Shown here in pieces: positions 49,652 through 59,947 of a stretch of DNA of 64,000 nucleotides. The notes beneath the pieces were generated by a model that saw nothing but the letters and a program-made list of their open reading frames with translations, ran no database searches and was not told where the DNA came from. Both the position numbers and the translations under genes were made by a program. Where the stretch lies: assembly GCA_963843145.1 (NCBI GenBank), contig CAWJJC010000028.1, forward strand, positions 480,001-544,000, read 5' to 3'. Each line of letters begins with the position of its first letter. Position 1 is the stretch's first letter. The DNA comes from an uncultured delta proteobacterium. Its GTDB lineage: Bacteria > Desulfobacterota > RBG-13-43-22.

Positions 49652-50896
49652 ATGAAAAGGGTGACAGTGGGAATTGTTTTCGTACTGGCTGTTATTTTTT
49701 GTTTCATTTCGTATCAGGGTGTTCTTGCCCAGACCAAAAAGGGGCCTATCAAGATCGGGGTGGTGGCCGACAAGACCGGCGGCTTGGCGGCCTATGGGTA
49801 TTCCCATGAGAAGACCATCAAAGCGGCGGCGGCCAGGATCAACAAGGCCGGCGGTATCGCCGGTCGTCCGATTGAAATCTTTGTCGAAGACACGGAGAGC
49901 AAGCCTCCGGTGGGGGCCCTGAAATTCAGAAAATTGATTGAGACCTATGGGGTGGATTTTATTTTAGACTCCAACAGCTCCGGAGTGGCCGTGGCCTGTG
50001 CCCCTATTGCCAAGGAACTGAAAACGCTCTATTTCCCTTCGGCTTCGGCTACGGAAATTTCCGGTGAGAAAGGAAACCGTTATGTGTTTCAGTCCTGCAC
50101 CGCAGTTCGGGGCGAGGCCAGAGGGGCGGCCAAATTTGCCGTCAAGCACATCGGGAAAAAATGGGTGACCGTGGTGGTCAACTACGCCTGGGGCTGGTCC
50201 AATGAGGAGGATTTCAAGAAATACATTACCGAGGACGGCGGGAGCGTTGTGGCCTCCATTCGAGTCCCCCTGGGCACCAGCGACTGGCTGCCCTATCTGA
50301 AAGGCAAAATACCGAATGACGCCGAAGGGGTCTTCTTTGCCAATTTCGGCTCCGATTTTCTCTCCTTCATCAGGGATCTTTATGCCGTCCGTCCGGACAT
50401 CAAGAAACTCGGGGCTGTTTATGCCCTCTCGGCTCAGGACATCAAGAAGCTCGGGCCGGCGGCCGAGGGATTGTATTGCCTTACCCCCTATCCCACTCGC
50501 GTTGAAGGTCTGAACACCAAGTACAATAAGGCCTTCCGTGAATTGATCAATGTGGATGCCCAAGGCCAGGAGGCAGGCACCGGTACGCGGTTTGTGCTGG
50601 CCTATAACTGGGCCATGTGGGAGGCCATGTATGCCTTAAAAGCCGGGATAGAAAAGAGCGGCTGGCAGGGCAGGGAAGACACGCCGAAGTTGATCAAGGC
50701 CCTGGAAGGCCTACCCTTCAAGGAAAGCATTGAATTCCCCCAGGGCGAACTTCGGATCAGGGCCGAAGATCACCGCACCATCGCCGGGTTGTATGTGGAA
50801 CAGGTGGTCAAGGGCGAGCTTAAAGTGGCGGGGAAGATTCCGGCTGAAGACACGGTCTATCCACCCCTGGTGGACTACACCAAAGAAGGATTTTAG
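49652..50896 (+). CDS. Second ABC substrate-binding protein (LivJ/K-like)
   Basis: Signal peptide; PIKIG, INKAGGIAGRPIE..VEDTESKP. Confidence 0.92.
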   Translation: MKRVTVGIVFVLAVIFCFISYQGVLAQTKKGPIKIGVVADKTGGLAAYGYSHEKTIKAAAARINKAGGIAGRPIEIFVEDTESKPPVGALKFRKLIETYGVDFILDSNSSGVAVACAPIAKELKTLYFPSASATEISGEKGNRYVFQSCTAVRGEARGAAKFAVKHIGKKWVTVVVNYAWGWSNEEDFKKYITEDGGSVVASIRVPLGTSDWLPYLKGKIPNDAEGVFFANFGSDFLSFIRDLYAVRPDIKKLGAVYALSAQDIKKLGPAAEGLYCLTPYPTRVEGLNTKYNKAFRELINVDAQGQEAGTGTRFVLAYNWAMWEAMYALKAGIEKSGWQGREDTPKLIKALEGLPFKESIEFPQGELRIRAEDHRTIAGLYVEQVVKGELKVAGKIPAEDTVYPPLVDYTKEGF

Positions 50897-50997
50897 GCAG
50901 CTATTTTCTTTTGGAAAAAACCTCGATACCTTCTCCGTCAGTTCGGCGGCCGAATAGTTGCGATTCTTGAAGATGATTCCTTCGGAGGTGTCTTTCT

Positions 50998-51867
50998 TTG
51001 CCTGAGTGGCTGACAACCGTTTTGTTTCTCCTGGTTAATGGGCTCATCTGGGGGCTGATCATCGCCCTCATCGCCCTGGGTCTTTCCCTCATTTTTGGTG
51101 TCATGGGGATTGTCAATATGGCCCACGGGGACATCTATATGATCGGCGCGGTGATCGCCCTCACCCTGGCCCCTTACCTTGGGAATTTCTGGCTCGGTTT
51201 GTTGATTGCGCCCCTGATTGTTGCCGTGGTTGCCCTGCCGGTGGAGCGCTGGGTGCTCAGGCCTTATGAAGGCCATCATTCGGTGACTATGATCGCCACT
51301 ACCGGGATATCGTTCATTCTCCAGCAGGGTATCCTGGCCACTTATGGCGGCATCCCCAAGCAGATGGTCAATCCCTGGCCGGTTACCTTCAACCTCTTCG
51401 GCGTAGCGTATCAAGGGTACCGGCTTTTGATCGCCGTCCTATCGATTTTGATTCTGATGCTCCTCTGGTTTTTTCTTTATAAAACCTCTTACGGCATACT
51501 CATCAGGGCCTCCATCCAGGATCGGGATATGGCCAGCGCCATGGGGATAGACGTTAGCAAGGTGCTTATGACCACTTTCGTCCTGGGCAGTATTCTGGCC
51601 GCCATAGGCGGGGTCCTGGCCGCACCGGTGACCCAGGTCTTCTATCTCATGGGTAACGACGTGGTTCTGCTGGCCTTTATGGTAGTAATCATCGGCGGTC
51701 TAGGCAGTCTGGCCGGAACATTAGTGGCCGCCTTAGGCCTCTCGTCTTTGGAGGGGGTTATGTCTTCGGTATTGACCCCGATTCAGTCCAAGGCCGCTAT
51801 TTTGATCGTGATGGTTATCGTCCTGATGATCCGCCCCCGGGGTCTATTCGGGGAAAGGGAAGGGTGA
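50998..51867 (+). CDS. ABC permease, LivH-like
   Basis: GLSLIFGVMGIVNMAHG, IRPRGLFG. Confidence 0.92.
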   Translation: MPEWLTTVLFLLVNGLIWGLIIALIALGLSLIFGVMGIVNMAHGDIYMIGAVIALTLAPYLGNFWLGLLIAPLIVAVVALPVERWVLRPYEGHHSVTMIATTGISFILQQGILATYGGIPKQMVNPWPVTFNLFGVAYQGYRLLIAVLSILILMLLWFFLYKTSYGILIRASIQDRDMASAMGIDVSKVLMTTFVLGSILAAIGGVLAAPVTQVFYLMGNDVVLLAFMVVIIGGLGSLAGTLVAALGLSSLEGVMSSVLTPIQSKAAILIVMVIVLMIRPRGLFGEREG

Positions 51868-51874
51868 TCCGTCT

Positions 51875-52816
51875 ATGGAGAAACAGCCCTTTCTGTCCTT
51901 TTTTGCCCTAGGCTCCTTTTTGCTCCTGGTGTTCCTCGGGTTTATGCTCCCCAGCGGTGCCCGGTCGCTGGTCATCCAGATGATGATATTTTCCATCTTC
52001 GCCATGGGCTACGATTTCTCTTTCGGATTTACCAATCAGTGCAGTCTGGGACACTCCATTTTCTTCGGGGCCGGCGCCTATGGAGCGATCCTTTTCATCC
52101 TGAAATTTAAATGGGGCCTTATCCTTTCTCTGCTTGGCGGCCTGGCCATCGGTTTCCTCCTGGCCGTCATCCTGGGTTTGATCTGTGTGCGCCTGACGGA
52201 AGCCTATTTTGTCATTGTGACGGCCATCATCGCCTCGGTGTTTCATCTTCTGGCCATGGATCTGACCTGGCTGACCGGCGGTGACGACGGACTGACCGTG
52301 ACGGTACCGAAGATTTCTTTCGGTTTCACCGAGCTTTCCCTTTACCAGCCGGCGGTCAATTACTATTTTGTCCTTTTCTTTCTTATCCTGACTTATTTCA
52401 TCCTGAACAGAATGCTGAAGGCCCCGCTGGGGAAAATTTTTGTTTCCATCCGGGAGAATGAGAAAAGGGCCAATTTTTTGGGTTATAATGTCTTTGGCTA
52501 CAAGCTCATTGCCTTCGTCGTCTCCGGGGTCTTCGGGGCCCTGGGAGGGGGCTTGTATGCCTTGACCCTTCGGTATGCCTCGGCGGATTATTTCAGTTTT
52601 TACTGGTCTATTTTACCCATCGTCTGGTGCCTGGTCGGAGGACTCGGGACCCTGGTGGGCTGCTGGATAGGGGTTATGCTCCTGTCCCTTTTCCAGTATT
52701 ACGTCAGTGCCTGGTTTACCTACTACCTCCTGGTCTTCGGCGTCTTCATTCTGGTTATCCTCAGGGTCTCGAGAAAAGGGATACTGGGCTATTTATTAGA
52801 TTTAAGGAGCCGTTGA
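51875..52816 (+). CDS. ABC permease, LivM-like
   Basis: SLGHS.FFG.GAY, LTGGDDG, IRENEKRA. Confidence 0.92.
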   Translation: MEKQPFLSFFALGSFLLLVFLGFMLPSGARSLVIQMMIFSIFAMGYDFSFGFTNQCSLGHSIFFGAGAYGAILFILKFKWGLILSLLGGLAIGFLLAVILGLICVRLTEAYFVIVTAIIASVFHLLAMDLTWLTGGDDGLTVTVPKISFGFTELSLYQPAVNYYFVLFFLILTYFILNRMLKAPLGKIFVSIRENEKRANFLGYNVFGYKLIAFVVSGVFGALGGGLYALTLRYASADYFSFYWSILPIVWCLVGGLGTLVGCWIGVMLLSLFQYYVSAWFTYYLLVFGVFILVILRVSRKGILGYLLDLRSR

Positions 52817-52822
52817 GCGTTC

Positions 52823-53584
52823 ATGGAACCCAATGAACCACTCCTGGAAGTCAAAGGGGTATCGAAACATTTCGGCGGCCTGACCGCTGTCGATAACGTG
52901 ACCTTGCGGATTGGAAGCAATGAGATCCGGGGGATTATCGGACCGAACGGCGCCGGGAAGACCACTTTTTTTAACGTCATTACCGGAGATTTACATCCCA
53001 GTTCGGGGAAAATAGTACTGAACGGCAAAGATGTTACCGGGTTTCCTCCCCATAAAATCTGCCGGAGGGGGATGAGCCGGACCTTTCAATTAACCTTTGT
53101 TTTTCCGGAGATGTCGGTCTACGATTGTATCTGGGTGGGCCTTTATTCCAGGAAAATAAGACCCTGGAACCTGTTCTTTTCCCGCATCGACCGCAAAGGG
53201 GAGCAGGCTGAGAAAACGGAAGAAATTTGCCGGCTGGTGGGACTTGAAAACAAGATCCAAGAATCGGCTTCAAATTTGTCTTACGGAGACCAGAAGGTCC
53301 TGGAGATCGCCATGGCCTTGAGCACCGACCCCCTGATTCTTCTTCTGGATGAGCCGACCCAGGGCGTGGGCCCCAAGGAGGCCGACGATCTGGTTGCATT
53401 GATTGGCCGTCTTTCAGAAAAGATGTCCATAGTACTCATCGAACACAATATCGATATCATTATGCGTATCTGTCACACCCTGACGGTTTTCAGTTTTGGA
53501 AAAGTGATCGCCGAGGGCTCCTGTAAAGAAATAGCCGGGAATGAGGAGGTCCAGCGGATCTATCTGGGGGAAGAAACGTTGTGA
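52823..53584 (+). CDS. ABC ATPase, LivG-like
   Basis: GPNGAGKTT, LSYGDQ, LLLDEP, IEH. Confidence 0.93.
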   Translation: MEPNEPLLEVKGVSKHFGGLTAVDNVTLRIGSNEIRGIIGPNGAGKTTFFNVITGDLHPSSGKIVLNGKDVTGFPPHKICRRGMSRTFQLTFVFPEMSVYDCIWVGLYSRKIRPWNLFFSRIDRKGEQAEKTEEICRLVGLENKIQESASNLSYGDQKVLEIAMALSTDPLILLLDEPTQGVGPKEADDLVALIGRLSEKMSIVLIEHNIDIIMRICHTLTVFSFGKVIAEGSCKEIAGNEEVQRIYLGEETL

Positions 53585-54285
53585 GCTTGTTAAAGCTGGA
53601 AGACATTCATACCTATTATGACAAAAGCCACATTCTTCAGGGGGTTTCCCTGGAAGTCGGAAGAGGGGAGATCGTCGCCCTTTTAGGGAGGAACGGGGTG
53701 GGCAAAACCACGACCCTCAACAGCATCATGGGATTCATCAAACCGAGGGCCGGGCGGATCATTTTTAAAGATCAGGAGATCACGCCCCTGAAGACCTTCA
53801 GGATAGGAAGAATGGGTTTAGGCTACGTGCCCCAGGGAAGGCATCTATTTTCTAAAATGACGGTCTTGGAAAATTTGAAAACCGGCCTGATCGGGAAATC
53901 CGCTCAAAATAGCCTGGACCGGGTCTTCGATCTTTTCCCTAACCTCAAAGACCGGTTGAACCGGACGGCCGGTTCCCTGAGCGGCGGGGAACAACAGGCC
54001 GTGGCTATCTCCCGGGCCATTTTGAAAGATCCCGATGTCCTGATGCTGGACGAGCCGACCACCGGCCTGATGCCCTTGTTTGTATCCAGCCTCAGGGATA
54101 TAATCAAAACATTAAATAAAGACGGTATGGCCATACTCCTGGTCGAAGAAAGGGTTCCTTTTGTTTTGTCATTGGCGGACCGGGTCTATTTCATGGTCAA
54201 GGGTAAAGTCGATCATAGCGCCAACAGAGAGGAATTGGCGGGCCGGAAGGACATCCTGGTCCATTATCTTGGAATTGAGGCGTAA
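53581..54285 (+). CDS. ABC ATPase, LivF-like
   Basis: GRNGVGKTT, LSGGEQQ, MLDEPTTGL. Confidence 0.93.
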   Translation: MSLLKLEDIHTYYDKSHILQGVSLEVGRGEIVALLGRNGVGKTTTLNSIMGFIKPRAGRIIFKDQEITPLKTFRIGRMGLGYVPQGRHLFSKMTVLENLKTGLIGKSAQNSLDRVFDLFPNLKDRLNRTAGSLSGGEQQAVAISRAILKDPDVLMLDEPTTGLMPLFVSSLRDIIKTLNKDGMAILLVEERVPFVLSLADRVYFMVKGKVDHSANREELAGRKDILVHYLGIEA

Positions 54286-54291
54286 CTATAA

Positions 54292-54762
54292 ATGGAACTC
54301 ACCTTTATTTTGAATGATCGACCGGTCACCGTTGAATGCTTCGGAAGTGAGACCTTGTTGTCGGTTTTGCGGGACCATTTTGGATTGTTAGGGGTCAAGG
54401 AAGGCTGCGGCGTGGGGGAATGCGGGGCCTGCACGGTACTCTTGGACGACCGGGCGGTGAACGCCTGCCTGGTGGCCGCCGGCAAGGTCAGGGGCCGCCG
54501 GGTGACCACCATTGAGGGATTGATCCGGGGAGAGACGTTGCACCCTCTCCAGGAAGGGTTTCTTAAGATGGGCGCCGTTCAGTGCGGGTTTTGCACCCCG
54601 GGCCTGATTCTGGCCGCTTATTCCTTCTTGAAGGAAAACCCGAATCCCTCCCGCCGGGAAATCGTGGAAGGGTTATCCGGAAACCTCTGCCGCTGTACCG
54701 GCTACCACGATATTATTCGGGCGGTGAAATGGGCGGCCAAGCGAATGCAGGCCTTGACATGA
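54292..54762 (+). CDS. Molybdenum hydroxylase small 2x[2Fe-2S] subunit (probable nicotinate dehydrogenase NdhS)
   Basis: KEGCGVGECGACTV, QCGFCTPG, GNLCRCTGY. Confidence 0.92.
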   Translation: MELTFILNDRPVTVECFGSETLLSVLRDHFGLLGVKEGCGVGECGACTVLLDDRAVNACLVAAGKVRGRRVTTIEGLIRGETLHPLQEGFLKMGAVQCGFCTPGLILAAYSFLKENPNPSRREIVEGLSGNLCRCTGYHDIIRAVKWAAKRMQALT

Positions 54763-55637
54763 AAGCCCAATACCAGTCGGCCCGATCCCTGGATGAGGCC
54801 CTGGATCACCTGGAACGCTACGGTGAAGGGACCCGGATACTGGCCGGGGGGACCGACCTGATGATCGCCCTGCGGTCCGCCTATCGGGAAGGAAAGGCCC
54901 CGCCGGCCTTTCTGCTGGATGTAAGCGAGCTTCCGGATTGCCGGACGATTCAATTCGAGGGGGAGAGGTTGATCCTGGGGTCGGCGGTACCCTTTCAGAC
55001 ACTGGAGAACGACTCGACCGTAAGACAATTCCTGCCTCTACTGGCCGCGGCTGCGGCCCAGATGGGTTCGGTCCAAGTCCGGCGTCTGGCCACCATCGGG
55101 GGCAACGTGGGCACGGCCTCTCCGGCCGGGGACGGGATTACCCCGTTGGTCGCCCTGGGCGCGGAGGTTCAAATCGTTTCCAGCAATAAAACCCGGACCG
55201 TGGCCCTGACCGATCTGATCACCGGACCGGGGCGGACGGGTTTGGAACCCGAAGAATTGATCCATTCCTTTACTTTAAAAATGCCGGAGCAGCCCAGGCA
55301 TTTTTTTTTCCACAAGATCATGCGCCGCCAGGCCGTGGCCATCGCCCGGATGAATCTGGCGGTTCAATTGGCCCTGGAGCCGACCGGAAGAATTGCCTCT
55401 GCCCGGTTGTCGGCCGGGGCGGTATTCCCGACGCCCCGACGGTTGAATGAAGTGGAAGAGAGTCTTGTCGGACAGGTACCTGAAAAAAAACTGTTTGAGG
55501 AAGCCGGCAGAACGGCGGCCAAGGTCATGCTTCAGGTGAGCAGCCGAAGGCCCTCCATGGCTTATAAGGAGCCGGCTTTGGAAAGGCTCGTGGCCTGGGG
55601 GCTGGGAGAGGCCTGCGGGGGTACCCGAGAAATATGA
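54759..55637 (+). CDS. Molybdenum hydroxylase FAD subunit (probable NdhF)
   Basis: LAGGTDL, ATIGGN..ASPAGD; ATGA overlap with the small subunit gene. Confidence 0.9.
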   Translation: MKAQYQSARSLDEALDHLERYGEGTRILAGGTDLMIALRSAYREGKAPPAFLLDVSELPDCRTIQFEGERLILGSAVPFQTLENDSTVRQFLPLLAAAAAQMGSVQVRRLATIGGNVGTASPAGDGITPLVALGAEVQIVSSNKTRTVALTDLITGPGRTGLEPEELIHSFTLKMPEQPRHFFFHKIMRRQAVAIARMNLAVQLALEPTGRIASARLSAGAVFPTPRRLNEVEESLVGQVPEKKLFEEAGRTAAKVMLQVSSRRPSMAYKEPALERLVAWGLGEACGGTREI

Positions 55638-55654
55638 AGATATTCGGATGGCTC

Positions 55655-55820
55655 AAATTCGAAATCCGAAAATCGAAATCCGAAACAAATTCAAATGACC
55701 CAATTTCAAAATTCAAAACATTCATGGTTAGGAGTTGGGAAGATTAGGTGTTTCGATCATTTGGATTTTTGACATTCGTGCTTGTTTCGGATTTCGTGCT
55801 TCGAATTTCTAATTTAAAGA
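55655..55820. repeat. Heptamer-periodic inverted repeat (TTCGAAA family), empty
   Basis: aaattcgaaatccgaaaatcgaaatccgaaacaaattc... / ...gtttcggatttcgtgcttcgaattt. Confidence 0.85.
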
Positions 55821-55838
55821 TTTACTTATTAAATTAGT

Positions 55839-58112
55839 ATGGGTGAGAAAATCTTCAGCGAAAATCCCATTCGAATAGGCGCCAGAGAAAAGGTCCTAGG
55901 GACTGCCTTGTTCGGCGTTGACCAGGGAAGGCCCGGGGATCTGTTTCTGCTCCTCTTGCGGGCCTACCAGGCTCCTTCGCGAATCAGCCGGCTGGAGGTG
56001 GAAGAGGCTCATAAGATCCCGGGTGTCGTTCGCGTATTTACCGCCGCCGATGTGCCCGGAATCAACCGCATCGGGATTATCCCCTCCACCAAGGACCAGC
56101 CCGTTTTGGCGGAAGGGATCATCCGCTATCGCGGAGAACCGGTGGCCCTGGTGGCCGCGGAGAGCGAAGCGGCGGGGCTGGAGGCTCTGAAAGTCATCCG
56201 GCTGGAGCTGGATCCGCTGCCGGGTGTCTTTAACCCGTGGGAGGCCCTGGAAACGGAGGCCCCGCCGGTCCAGGAGAAAGGGAACCTGCTCTTTCAACAA
56301 CAGGTCGTCAAAGGGGATGCGGAGGAGGCCCTGGCCAAATCCGCCTTTCGACTTCGAAACACCTACAGCACTTCCCCGCTGGAACACGGACCCCTGGAAG
56401 TGGAGGGAGGCCGTGGCGAGTGGCGGGACGGAAAGATTGTCATTCAGGCCTGCACCCAGAACCCTCATTATGATCAGAGCGACCTGGCTCGATTGCTGGG
56501 GTTGCCCCTGGAAATGATCCGGATGGTCCAGGCCGAGACCGGGGGCGGGTTTGGCAAGAAACTGGACCTGAGCGTTCAATCCTATCTGGCCCTGGCCGCC
56601 TATCATTTGAAGCGGCCGGTGCGGATGGCCTATACCCGCGAGGAATCCTTCATCGGAACAGCCAAGCGTCACGCCCTGTTCATCGATTACGAAAGCGGGA
56701 TGGATGCCCAGGGGAAACTCATGGCCGTCAAAGTGGACATCCTGGGCGACACCGGGGCCTATGCCTCGTATGGTTTTGCCGTCTGCATGCGGGCGGCGGT
56801 CCACGCCACCGGCCCCTACGATGTCCCCCACGTGCGGGTAAACAGCCGTATGGTTTACACCCACAATTCCTGGGCCGGCGCTATGCGAGGCTTCGGGGTT
56901 CCCCAGATCGCCTTGGCTCATGAAGGACAGATGGACGGGTTGGCGGAGCGAATTGGCATGGATCCCCTGGAGTTTCGCCTGCGCAACTGTCTCCGGCCGG
57001 GATCCACGACGGCCACCGGCCATTTGCTGCGGGACGGTGTGGGGATCGAAACCTGCCTCCGGAGATTAGGCAAAATCTATGGGGCCTGGAACCGGCGGGT
57101 GGGTTCCGATGAGCGGACCCTCCGGGCCATCGGGCTGGGGGCCATGTTTTACGGCATAGGCAATACCGGCGTCTCCAACCCTTCGTCCGCGCAACTGGAA
57201 CTTTCCCCCCAGGGGCATTTGACGCTCTTTACCGGGGCGGCCGAAATCGGTCAGGGATCGGATACCGTGCTCGCCCAGATGGCGGCTCACTACTTCGGTC
57301 TGCCCCTGGAAGAGGTCCGGCTGGTGCGGGGGGATACGGGGCGGACCACCTCCGCCGGTGCCAGCTCGGCCAGCCGCCAAACCTACATTTCCGGAAATGC
57401 CGTGTTGGATGCGGCCCGGGATCTGGAGCGAATTTTAAAAGAAGAAGCGGCGGGCCTCTGGCGATGCCGGGCCGCGGAAATCGAAAGGAAGGGCCTTGAA
57501 ATGGTGGGCCCGGAGGGAAAGCGCCTTCCCCTAACCGAAATCGTCTCCCGTTTGGCCCGGCAGGGCCATGAGGCCAAAGGCCAAGGACACTTTGATCCGC
57601 CCGTGACCGTCCTGGACCACCAGACCGGCCAGGGGGAACCTTATGCCAGCTACGCCTTTGCCGCTCAACTGGCCTGGGTGGAGGTGGACACGGTTTCCGG
57701 ATTGGTCCGGGTCCCCCGGGTAGCGGCCGCCCACGACGTGGGCCGGGCCATTCACCGGCGGGCCGTGCACGGCCAAATCACCGGAGGGGTGGTGATGGGG
57801 GTGGGCATGGCCACCATGGAAGAATTCATCTCTCGAAAAACCGACAATTTTCGCGAGTATCATCTGCCAACCATGGCCGATGCCCCGCGGATCACCCCTA
57901 TTATTGTTGAATCCCACGATCCCAGCGGACCCTATGGGGCGAAGGGCGTGGGCGAACCTTCCCTGATTCCCACGGCACCGGCCATCGCCAACGGCGCTTC
58001 CCGGGCACTGGGGGTGCGGATGACTCATTTGCCGCTGAGTCTGGAAAGGGTGATGGAAGCGTTACAGCAAACTCGAAATTCGAAATCCGAAATTCGAAAC
58101 AAATCCGAATGA
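55839..58112 (+). CDS. Molybdenum hydroxylase large subunit (probable nicotinate dehydrogenase, NdhL+M in one chain)
   Basis: GGGFGKK, AMRGFG.PQ, EIGQG, SASRQT, GAKGVGEP. The substrate is inferred from neighbouring hnr and ena. Confidence 0.88.
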   Translation: MGEKIFSENPIRIGAREKVLGTALFGVDQGRPGDLFLLLLRAYQAPSRISRLEVEEAHKIPGVVRVFTAADVPGINRIGIIPSTKDQPVLAEGIIRYRGEPVALVAAESEAAGLEALKVIRLELDPLPGVFNPWEALETEAPPVQEKGNLLFQQQVVKGDAEEALAKSAFRLRNTYSTSPLEHGPLEVEGGRGEWRDGKIVIQACTQNPHYDQSDLARLLGLPLEMIRMVQAETGGGFGKKLDLSVQSYLALAAYHLKRPVRMAYTREESFIGTAKRHALFIDYESGMDAQGKLMAVKVDILGDTGAYASYGFAVCMRAAVHATGPYDVPHVRVNSRMVYTHNSWAGAMRGFGVPQIALAHEGQMDGLAERIGMDPLEFRLRNCLRPGSTTATGHLLRDGVGIETCLRRLGKIYGAWNRRVGSDERTLRAIGLGAMFYGIGNTGVSNPSSAQLELSPQGHLTLFTGAAEIGQGSDTVLAQMAAHYFGLPLEEVRLVRGDTGRTTSAGASSASRQTYISGNAVLDAARDLERILKEEAAGLWRCRAAEIERKGLEMVGPEGKRLPLTEIVSRLARQGHEAKGQGHFDPPVTVLDHQTGQGEPYASYAFAAQLAWVEVDTVSGLVRVPRVAAAHDVGRAIHRRAVHGQITGGVVMGVGMATMEEFISRKTDNFREYHLPTMADAPRITPIIVESHDPSGPYGAKGVGEPSLIPTAPAIANGASRALGVRMTHLPLSLERVMEALQQTRNSKSEIRNKSE

Positions 58113-58357
58113 CCGAAAATAAAATTTAAAAAGGGGTCGATTTCGAGTAATGGTAAAAATTGGTCATTGCGAAGCTAAGCAATCCCCCATCTTCGGCCCC
58201 TGGCGGTGGGGGGGATTACTTCGTCCTTTCGGTCCTCGCAATGACAGCATGGGGGCTATTCAAGAATATCTTAAAATTAGAAGGGTTTTTGTTTTGATAA
58301 TTTGGGTTTTATAAATTTGAATTTGTTTCGGATTTCGGATTTCGAGTTTCGAATTTG
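58069..58357. repeat. Heptamer-periodic inverted repeat with a REP-like palindrome (58163-58245) nested inside
   Basis: Left arm aaactcgaaattcgaaatccgaaattcgaaac, inner gtcattgcg...cgcaatgac, right arm gtttcggatttcggatttcgagtttcgaattt. Confidence 0.85.
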
Positions 58358-58364
58358 AGGTTCC

Positions 58365-59912
58365 ATGATGTGGATCGATCCCGATAAATGCAATGCCTGT
58401 GGACTCTGTGTGAAGGACTGCCCACTGGAGGTCATCGATTGGTTCGAGGACAAGGCCCGGGTGGGGGAAGGGTGCGTGGAATGCCGCACCTGTTTCCGGG
58501 TTTGTCCGAAACAGGCGGTGGTGGAAATCGGGGAAGAAATCCCCGACGCGATCGTCTGTACGGCCTGCCCGGTGAATTGCCGTATCTCCCCGGAACGGTA
58601 CGGGGCCTGCCGGCGTTTTATAAATAAGGACGGCGAACTTTTGCGGGACCGGCCCCTGGTAATGTACGAAGAGGTCAAGCCTGACCTTCTTCCTCCCCCG
58701 TCAGCGCTTATTCGGGAACCGTTGATTACGGCCATCGGGGCCGGGACCACCTATCCGGATCACTTCCCGGCGCCCTACATCGTGAGCGGGCCGAGGGACG
58801 GCGTTGATGTGGTCACCGTGGTGACGGAAGCCCCCCTCTCCTATTCGGGAATAAAAATCAAAGTGGACACCGACGTGCCCATCGGGGGGGAGGGCGCTGA
58901 AATCCGTTTTGACGGGCGGCCGGTGGGCATGGTGGAGACCGAGGAGTACGGCTCCAAGATTTTGGCCGTCGGCGGGGTGAACCGGCTGACCGGGAAATAC
59001 GGCTTTGCCGTGGCCCGGGCCGTTGCGGCCTTGGCCAACCGCCGGGCTGTGGAGCTTTCCATCAAGAAGGGCGCCCGCCTGACCGTGCAGGTCGGACGGC
59101 CCCCGATCATCGATGGGAAGTCTCAAAATCGGATGCGGGTGGGCTGCGGCTCAGCCACGGCCGGTCTCTTCGCGCCTTTCTTTAAAAAAGCGGCCGATGA
59201 GGTGATCGTCCTGGACTCCCATATCACTTCTCTTTTCAGCCACCACGCCTCCGGGAGGGCGGTGGGTATGAAGCCTTCCGGACTCCGACTGGGTTTTTCC
59301 CTTTCCACCCCGGGTCGATATTTCGGGGAGAAAGGCGGCGGTTGGGGAGGGACCCCGATTACGAATCCCCTGGAGATCATCGCCTCGATGGACCCGGAGA
59401 GGACCCCGGCTGGAACCCGGCTGTTGATCACCGAAACCACCGGAGAAAAAGCGGCCTATTTTGTGTTCCGCCCTGGGGAGGGGTTCATAGAAACGGAACT
59501 GCCGCCGGAGGCCCTGGAAGCCGTGACGGCGATACGGGAAACCTGCCAGCCGTCCCGGGTTTCGGCCCTGTACGTGGGCGGCGCCGGGGGCTCGGCCCGG
59601 GCCGGCGTGACCCGCTACCCGCTGAAGCTGACCCGGGCGGTGCACGAAAACAAAGCCGTACTGACCGTGGGCGGCGCGCCGGTCTTCGTGCTGCCGGGGG
59701 GCGGGATTACTTTTTATGTGGACGTAGAGCAGGTCCAGACCGGGGCCTTCTCCTGGACCCCGACACCGGCCATCATCGCGCCCATCGAATACACCATGCT
59801 CCTCAAGGATTATGAGGCCATGGGGGGGCATGTGGAGGCGGTCAAGCCTTTTACCAGCGTCAGGGGAGCGGTGTTCAGACAGAAAGGATTGAGGATCAAA
59901 GATCAAGGATAA
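58365..59912 (+). CDS. hnr: 6-hydroxynicotinate reductase
   Basis: N-terminal 2x[4Fe-4S] motifs, CTACPVNC, GAGTTYP, VTVVTEAPLSYSG, TEEYGSK, RVGCGSAT, GGSARAGV, PGGGI, YEAMGGH. Matches E. barkeri Hnr as recalled. Confidence 0.88.
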   Translation: MMWIDPDKCNACGLCVKDCPLEVIDWFEDKARVGEGCVECRTCFRVCPKQAVVEIGEEIPDAIVCTACPVNCRISPERYGACRRFINKDGELLRDRPLVMYEEVKPDLLPPPSALIREPLITAIGAGTTYPDHFPAPYIVSGPRDGVDVVTVVTEAPLSYSGIKIKVDTDVPIGGEGAEIRFDGRPVGMVETEEYGSKILAVGGVNRLTGKYGFAVARAVAALANRRAVELSIKKGARLTVQVGRPPIIDGKSQNRMRVGCGSATAGLFAPFFKKAADEVIVLDSHITSLFSHHASGRAVGMKPSGLRLGFSLSTPGRYFGEKGGGWGGTPITNPLEIIASMDPERTPAGTRLLITETTGEKAAYFVFRPGEGFIETELPPEALEAVTAIRETCQPSRVSALYVGGAGGSARAGVTRYPLKLTRAVHENKAVLTVGGAPVFVLPGGGITFYVDVEQVQTGAFSWTPTPAIIAPIEYTMLLKDYEAMGGHVEAVKPFTSVRGAVFRQKGLRIKDQG

Positions 59913-59947
59913 AGCGAAAGATTTTGTGGTGGAAAAAAGTTCTATAG

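Noticed and set aside
54292-59912. Selenocysteine recoding in ndh/hnr
   Set aside because: There are no in-frame TGA codons; the selenium in characterised Ndh is a labile cofactor ligand and is not encoded.
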